A stretch of 64,000 nt of DNA, taken from NCBI RefSeq assembly GCF_009914755.1, contig NC_060930.1. One strand, given 5' to 3'. The notes under the pieces are model-generated. The model made no database searches and was not told the origin of the DNA. It saw only the letters and a program-made list of their open reading frames with translations. Position numbers and translations under genes: made by a program. Every line of letters starts with the position of its first letter. Within the stretch, counting starts at the first letter, position 1. This DNA comes from the human T2T-CHM13v2.0 reference genome, Homo sapiens. Positions 59,522 through 64,000 of the stretch are shown one piece after another.

Positions 59522-60538
59522 TTACATTTTGGCATGATTTTGCAGCGGCTGGTACTGGTTGTTCCTTTCCATGTTTACTGCTTCCTTCAGGAGCTCTTGT
59601 AAGGCAGGCCTGGTGGTGACAAAATCTCTCAGCATTTGCTTGTCTGTAAAGTATTTTATTTCTCCTTCACTTATGAAGCTTAGTTTGGCTGGATATGAAA
59701 TTCTGGGTTGAAAATTCTTTTCTTTAAGATTGTTGAATATTGGCCCCCACTCTCTTCTGGCTTGTAGGGTTTCTGCCGAGAGATCCGCTGTTAGTCTGAT
59801 GGGCTTCCCTTTGAGGGTAACCCGACCTTTCTCTCTGGCTGCCCTTAACATTTTTTCCTTCATTTCAACTTTGGTGAATCTGACAATTATGTGTCTTGGA
59901 GTTGCTCTTCTCGAGGAGTATCTTTGTGGCATTCTCTGTATTTCCTGAATCTGAACGTTGGCCTGCCTTGCTAGATTGAGGAAGTTCTCCTGGATAATAT
60001 CCTGCAGAGTGTTTTCCAACTTGGTTCCATTCTCCCCATCACTTTCAGGTACACCAATCAGACGTAGATTTGGTCTTTTCACATAGTCCCCTATTTCTTG
60101 GAGGCTTTGCTCATTTCTTTTTATTCTTTTTTCTCTAAACTTCCCTTCTTGCTTCATTTCATTCATTTCATCTTCCATTGCTGATACCCTTTCTTCCAGT
60201 TGATCGCATCGGCTCCTGAGGCTTCTGCATTCTTCACGTAGTTCTCGAGCCTTGGTTTTCAGCTCCATCAGCAACTTTAAGCGCTTCTCTGTATTGGTTA
60301 TTCTAGTTATACATTCTTCTAAATTTTTTTCAAAGTTTTCAACTTCTTTGCCTTTGGTTTAAATGTCCTCCCGTAGCTCAGAGTAATTTGATTGTCTGAA
60401 GCCTTCTTCTCTCAGCTGGTCAAAGTCATTCTCCATCCAGCTTTGTTCCGTTGCTGGTGAGGAACTGCATTCCTTTGGAGGAGGAGAGGTGCTCTGCTTT
60501 TTAGAGTTTCCAGTTTTTCTGTTCTGTTTTTTCCCCAT
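59522..60538 (-). pseudogene. L1 ORF1p, nonsense at codon 60
   Basis: ATG at 60538 (MGKKQNRK); CAA>TAA at 60359-60361; the 250-aa ORF in the track is the downstream remainder. Confidence 0.85.
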
Positions 60539-60991
60539 CTTTGTGGTTTTATCTACTTTTGGTCTTTGATGATGGTGATGTACAGATGGGTTTTTGCTGT
60601 GGATGTCCTTTCTGTTAGTTTTCCTTCTAACAGAGAGGACCCTCAGCTGCAGGTCTGTTGGAATACCCTGCCGTGTGAGGTGTCAGTGTGCCCCTGCTGG
60701 GGGGGGTGCCTCCCAGTTAGGCTGCTCGGGGGTCAGGGGCCAGGGACCCACTTGAGGAGGCAGTCTGCCCATTCTCAGATCTCCAGCTGCATGCTGGGAG
60801 AACCACTGCTCTCTTCAAAGCTGTCAGACAGGGACATTTAAGTCTGCAGAGGTTACTGCTGTCTTTTTGTTTGTCTGTGCCCTGCCCCCAGAGGTGGAGC
60901 TTACAGAGGCAGGCAGGCCTCCTTGAGCTGTGGTGGGCTCCACCCAGTTGGAGCTTCCCGGCTGCTTTGTTTACCTAATCAAGCCTGGGTA

Positions 60992-61300
60992 ATGGCGGGC
61001 GCCCGTCCCCCAGCCTCGCTGCCGCCTTGCAGTTTGATCTCAGACTGCTGTGCTAGCAATCAGCGAGACTCCGTGGGCGTAGGACCCTCCGAGCCAGGTG
61101 CAGGATATAATCTCGTGGTGCGCCGTTTTTTAAGCCCGTTGGAAAAGCGCAGTATTCGGGTGGGAGTGACCCGATTTTCCAGGTGCCATCCGTCACCCCT
61201 TTCTTTGACTCAGAAAGGGAACTCCCTGACCCCTTGCACTTCCCAAGTGAGGCAATGCCTCGCCCTGCTTCGGCTCGTGCACGGTGCACGCACCCACTGA
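60992..61300 (+). CDS. L1 antisense ORF0, open, 102 aa
   Basis: MAGARPPASLPPCSLISDCCASNQRDSVGVGPSEPG matches recalled ORF0; expression unknown. Confidence 0.55.
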   Translation: MAGARPPASLPPCSLISDCCASNQRDSVGVGPSEPGAGYNLVVRRFLSPLEKRSIRVGVTRFSRCHPSPLSLTQKGNSLTPCTSQVRQCLALLRLVHGARTH

Positions 61301-61929
61301 CCTGCGCCCACTGTCTGGCACTCCCTAGTGAGATGAACCCGGTACCTCAGATGGAAATGCAGAAATCACCCATCTTCTGCGTCGCTCACGCTGGGAGCTG
61401 TAGACTGGAGCTGTTCCTACTTGGCCATCTTCTGTGTGTTCTTATTAAATTATCTACTTTCTTTCTACGCTTGCCCAAGTCTGCAGGAATAAGGTTTCAA
61501 TTGTTTTTGGTTTTAACTAATTTCAGTAATTAACATAGTAGTTGTGAATTATTAAATATACTTTTTAAGTATTATAATGACAAAATAAGAGATATTATGA
61601 AAAGATAGTAATTGACTTCTTTATACCAGAATTGAAAAAAACCCTAAAGCTTCCCCTTAAAAATTCTGCGTCTCTCTCAGCTTTGACTCTATCTCATCTC
61701 CTTTCATAGCTAAACTTCTTGACAGAGTTTTTTATATTTATTACCTACATTCCTTTGCTTATCATTCCTCAGACCACTAAAACCTGGACTTACCTTGCAG
61801 AAGCTACTCTAAATCTAGTGATTGGCTCTCTTATTCTCCATCAAATGGACAGTGTCCTTGCTTGTCTTCTTGACATCTTAGCATTTGGCACTGTTGACTA
61901 CTCTTCTTCCTCAATCTCCTTTTTCCTTT

Positions 61930-63887
61930 ACCTTCTTTTAAAAAAATTTTTAATGATTGTGGGTACATAGTAGGTGTATACATTTATGGGGTACATGAGA
62001 TATTTTGATACAGGTATGCAATGTGTAGTAATCACATCAGGGTAAATGGGGTACCCATCACCTGGAGTATTTGTCCTTTGGATTACAAACAATCCAGTTA
62101 TAATATTTTTGCTTTTAAAATGTACAATTAAATTATTATTGACTCTAATCCCCTGTTCTGCTATCAAATACTAGGTCTTATTCATTCTTTCTATTTTTTT
62201 GGACCCATTAACCATCCCCACTTCCCCCCATCCCCATGACTACCCTTCTGAGCCTCTGGTAACAATTCTCCTACTATCTCCATAAGTTCAATTGTTTTAA
62301 TTATTAGCTCACACAAATAAGTGATAATATGCAAAGTTTGTCTTTCTGTGCCTGGTTTATTTCACTTAACACAATGACCTCAAATTCCATCCATGTTGTT
62401 GCAAGTGACAGGATCTCATTCTTTTTTATGGCTGAATAATACTATGTTTTGTATATGTATCACTTTTCTTTATTCATTCATCTGTTGATGGACACTTATG
62501 TTGCTTCCAAATCTTGGCCATTGTGAATAATGCTGCAACAAACATGAGAGTGCAGATATTCCTTTGATATACTGATTTCCTTTCTTTTGGGTGTATACCC
62601 AGCAGTGCCATTGCTGGATCATATGATAGCTCTATTTTTAGCTTTCTGAGGAACCTCCAAACTGTTCTCCTTAGTGGTTATACTACTTTACATTCCTACC
62701 AACAGTGGATGAGGTTTCCCTTTTTTCTACATCCTCACCAGCATTTGTAATCACATGTCTTTTGGATAAAAGCCATTTTAACTGGGGTGAGGTGATATTG
62801 CATTGTAGTTTTGATTTGCATTTCTCTGATGATCAATGATGTTACACACCTTTTCATAAGCCTGTTTGCCATTTGTATGTCTTCTATTGAGAAATGTCTA
62901 TTCGGATATTTTTCCCATTTTTGATTTTTATATTATGGTTATTAATCTCTTGTCGGATGAGTAGTTTGCAAATCTTTTCTCCCATTCGGTGGGTTGTCTC
63001 TTTATTTTGTTGTTTCCTTTGCTGTGCCAGTAGTTTTATAGTTTGAGGTCTTAGATTTAAGTCTTTAATAATCCATTTTGATTTGATTTTTGTGTATGGT
63101 GAGAGACAGGGTCTAGTTTCATTCTTCTGCATATGGATATCTAGTTTTCCCAGAATATTGAAGAGACTGTCATTTCCCCAATGTATGTTCTTGGCACCTT
63201 TGTTGAAAATGAGTTCTCTATAGATGTACGGATTTGTTTCTGGGCTCTATTCTGTTCCATTGTGTGCCTATTTTTATGCTAGTACCATATTGTTTTGGTT
63301 ACTATAGTTTTGTAGTATAATTTGAAGTCAGGTAATGTGATTCCTCCAATTTCATTTTTTTTTTCTTGGTATAGCTTTGGCTATTCTGGGTATCTTGTGA
63401 TTCCATATAAATTTTAGGATTTTTTTCTATCTCTGTGAAGAATGTCATTGATATTTTGATCTTTTGTATGTTGATCTGCAACTTGACTGAATTTGTTTAT
63501 CAGTTCTAATAGTTTTTTGGTGGAGTCTTTAGGTTTTTCCAAGTACAAGATCATATCACCTGCAAACAAGGAAATTTGACAACTGCTTTTCTAATTTGGA
63601 TACCCTTTATTTCTTATTCATGTCTGATTGCTCTGGCTAGAACTTCCAGTACTGTATTGAATAACAGTGGTAAAAGTGGGCATCCTTGTTGTGTTACAGA
63701 TCTTAGGGGAAAGGTTTTCATTTTTTTCCCCATTCAGTATAATATTAGCTGTGGGTTTGTCATATATGCCTTTTATTATGTTCAGGTATGTTTTCTTTTA
63801 TACCCAGTTTTTTGAGGGTTTTTATCATGAAGAGGTGTTCCATTTTATCAAAAATTTTTTTTAGTGTCAGTTGAAATGATCATATGT
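61930..63887 (-). mobile_element. L1MA-type 3' fragment
   Basis: ttatggggtacatgagatattttgatacagg; degraded ORF2. Confidence 0.8.
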
Positions 63888-64000
63888 TGATATGGTTTGG
63901 GTGTGTCCCCACCAAATCTCGAATTGTATTTCTCAGAATTCCCACAAGTTGTGGGAGGGACCCAAGGGGAGGTGACTGAATCATGGGGGCTGGTTTTTCT
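63888..64000 (+). mobile_element. THE1 LTR (runs off window)
   Basis: tgatatggtttgggtgtgtccccacc...tgtgggagggaccc. Confidence 0.85.

Overview
Human genomic DNA (an AluYa5 is present) holding the 3' half of CD109, a GPI-anchored thioester protein of the alpha-2-macroglobulin/C3 family, on the + strand. I traced 18 coding exons (exons 16-33 in the usual numbering) with GT-AG borders. They splice into one open frame ending at TGA 43653-43655 and encode the CGEQ thioester, the VIH motif, the RRRR furin site and the GPI signal. A ~4.7 kb 3'UTR ends near 48335. The rest is repeat-rich intergenic DNA with a near-full-length but inactive L1PA2-like element. The haplotype carries Ser703 (HPA-15a). The most unusual structures are: (1) an 856-bp palindromic HERV-K(HML-2) LTR5 element with U3 ends at both termini (181-bp inverted arms, intact 6-bp TSD), nested in an L1 that sits in a MIR; (2) a 77-bp locally templated insertion flanked by a 30-bp duplication with junction microhomologies; (3) two L1s inserted at the same target site; (4) a young AluYa5 that forms an inverted-Alu bracket around the in-frame thioester exon. 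Repeat subfamily names and residue numbers come from recalled consensus sequences, not from searches.
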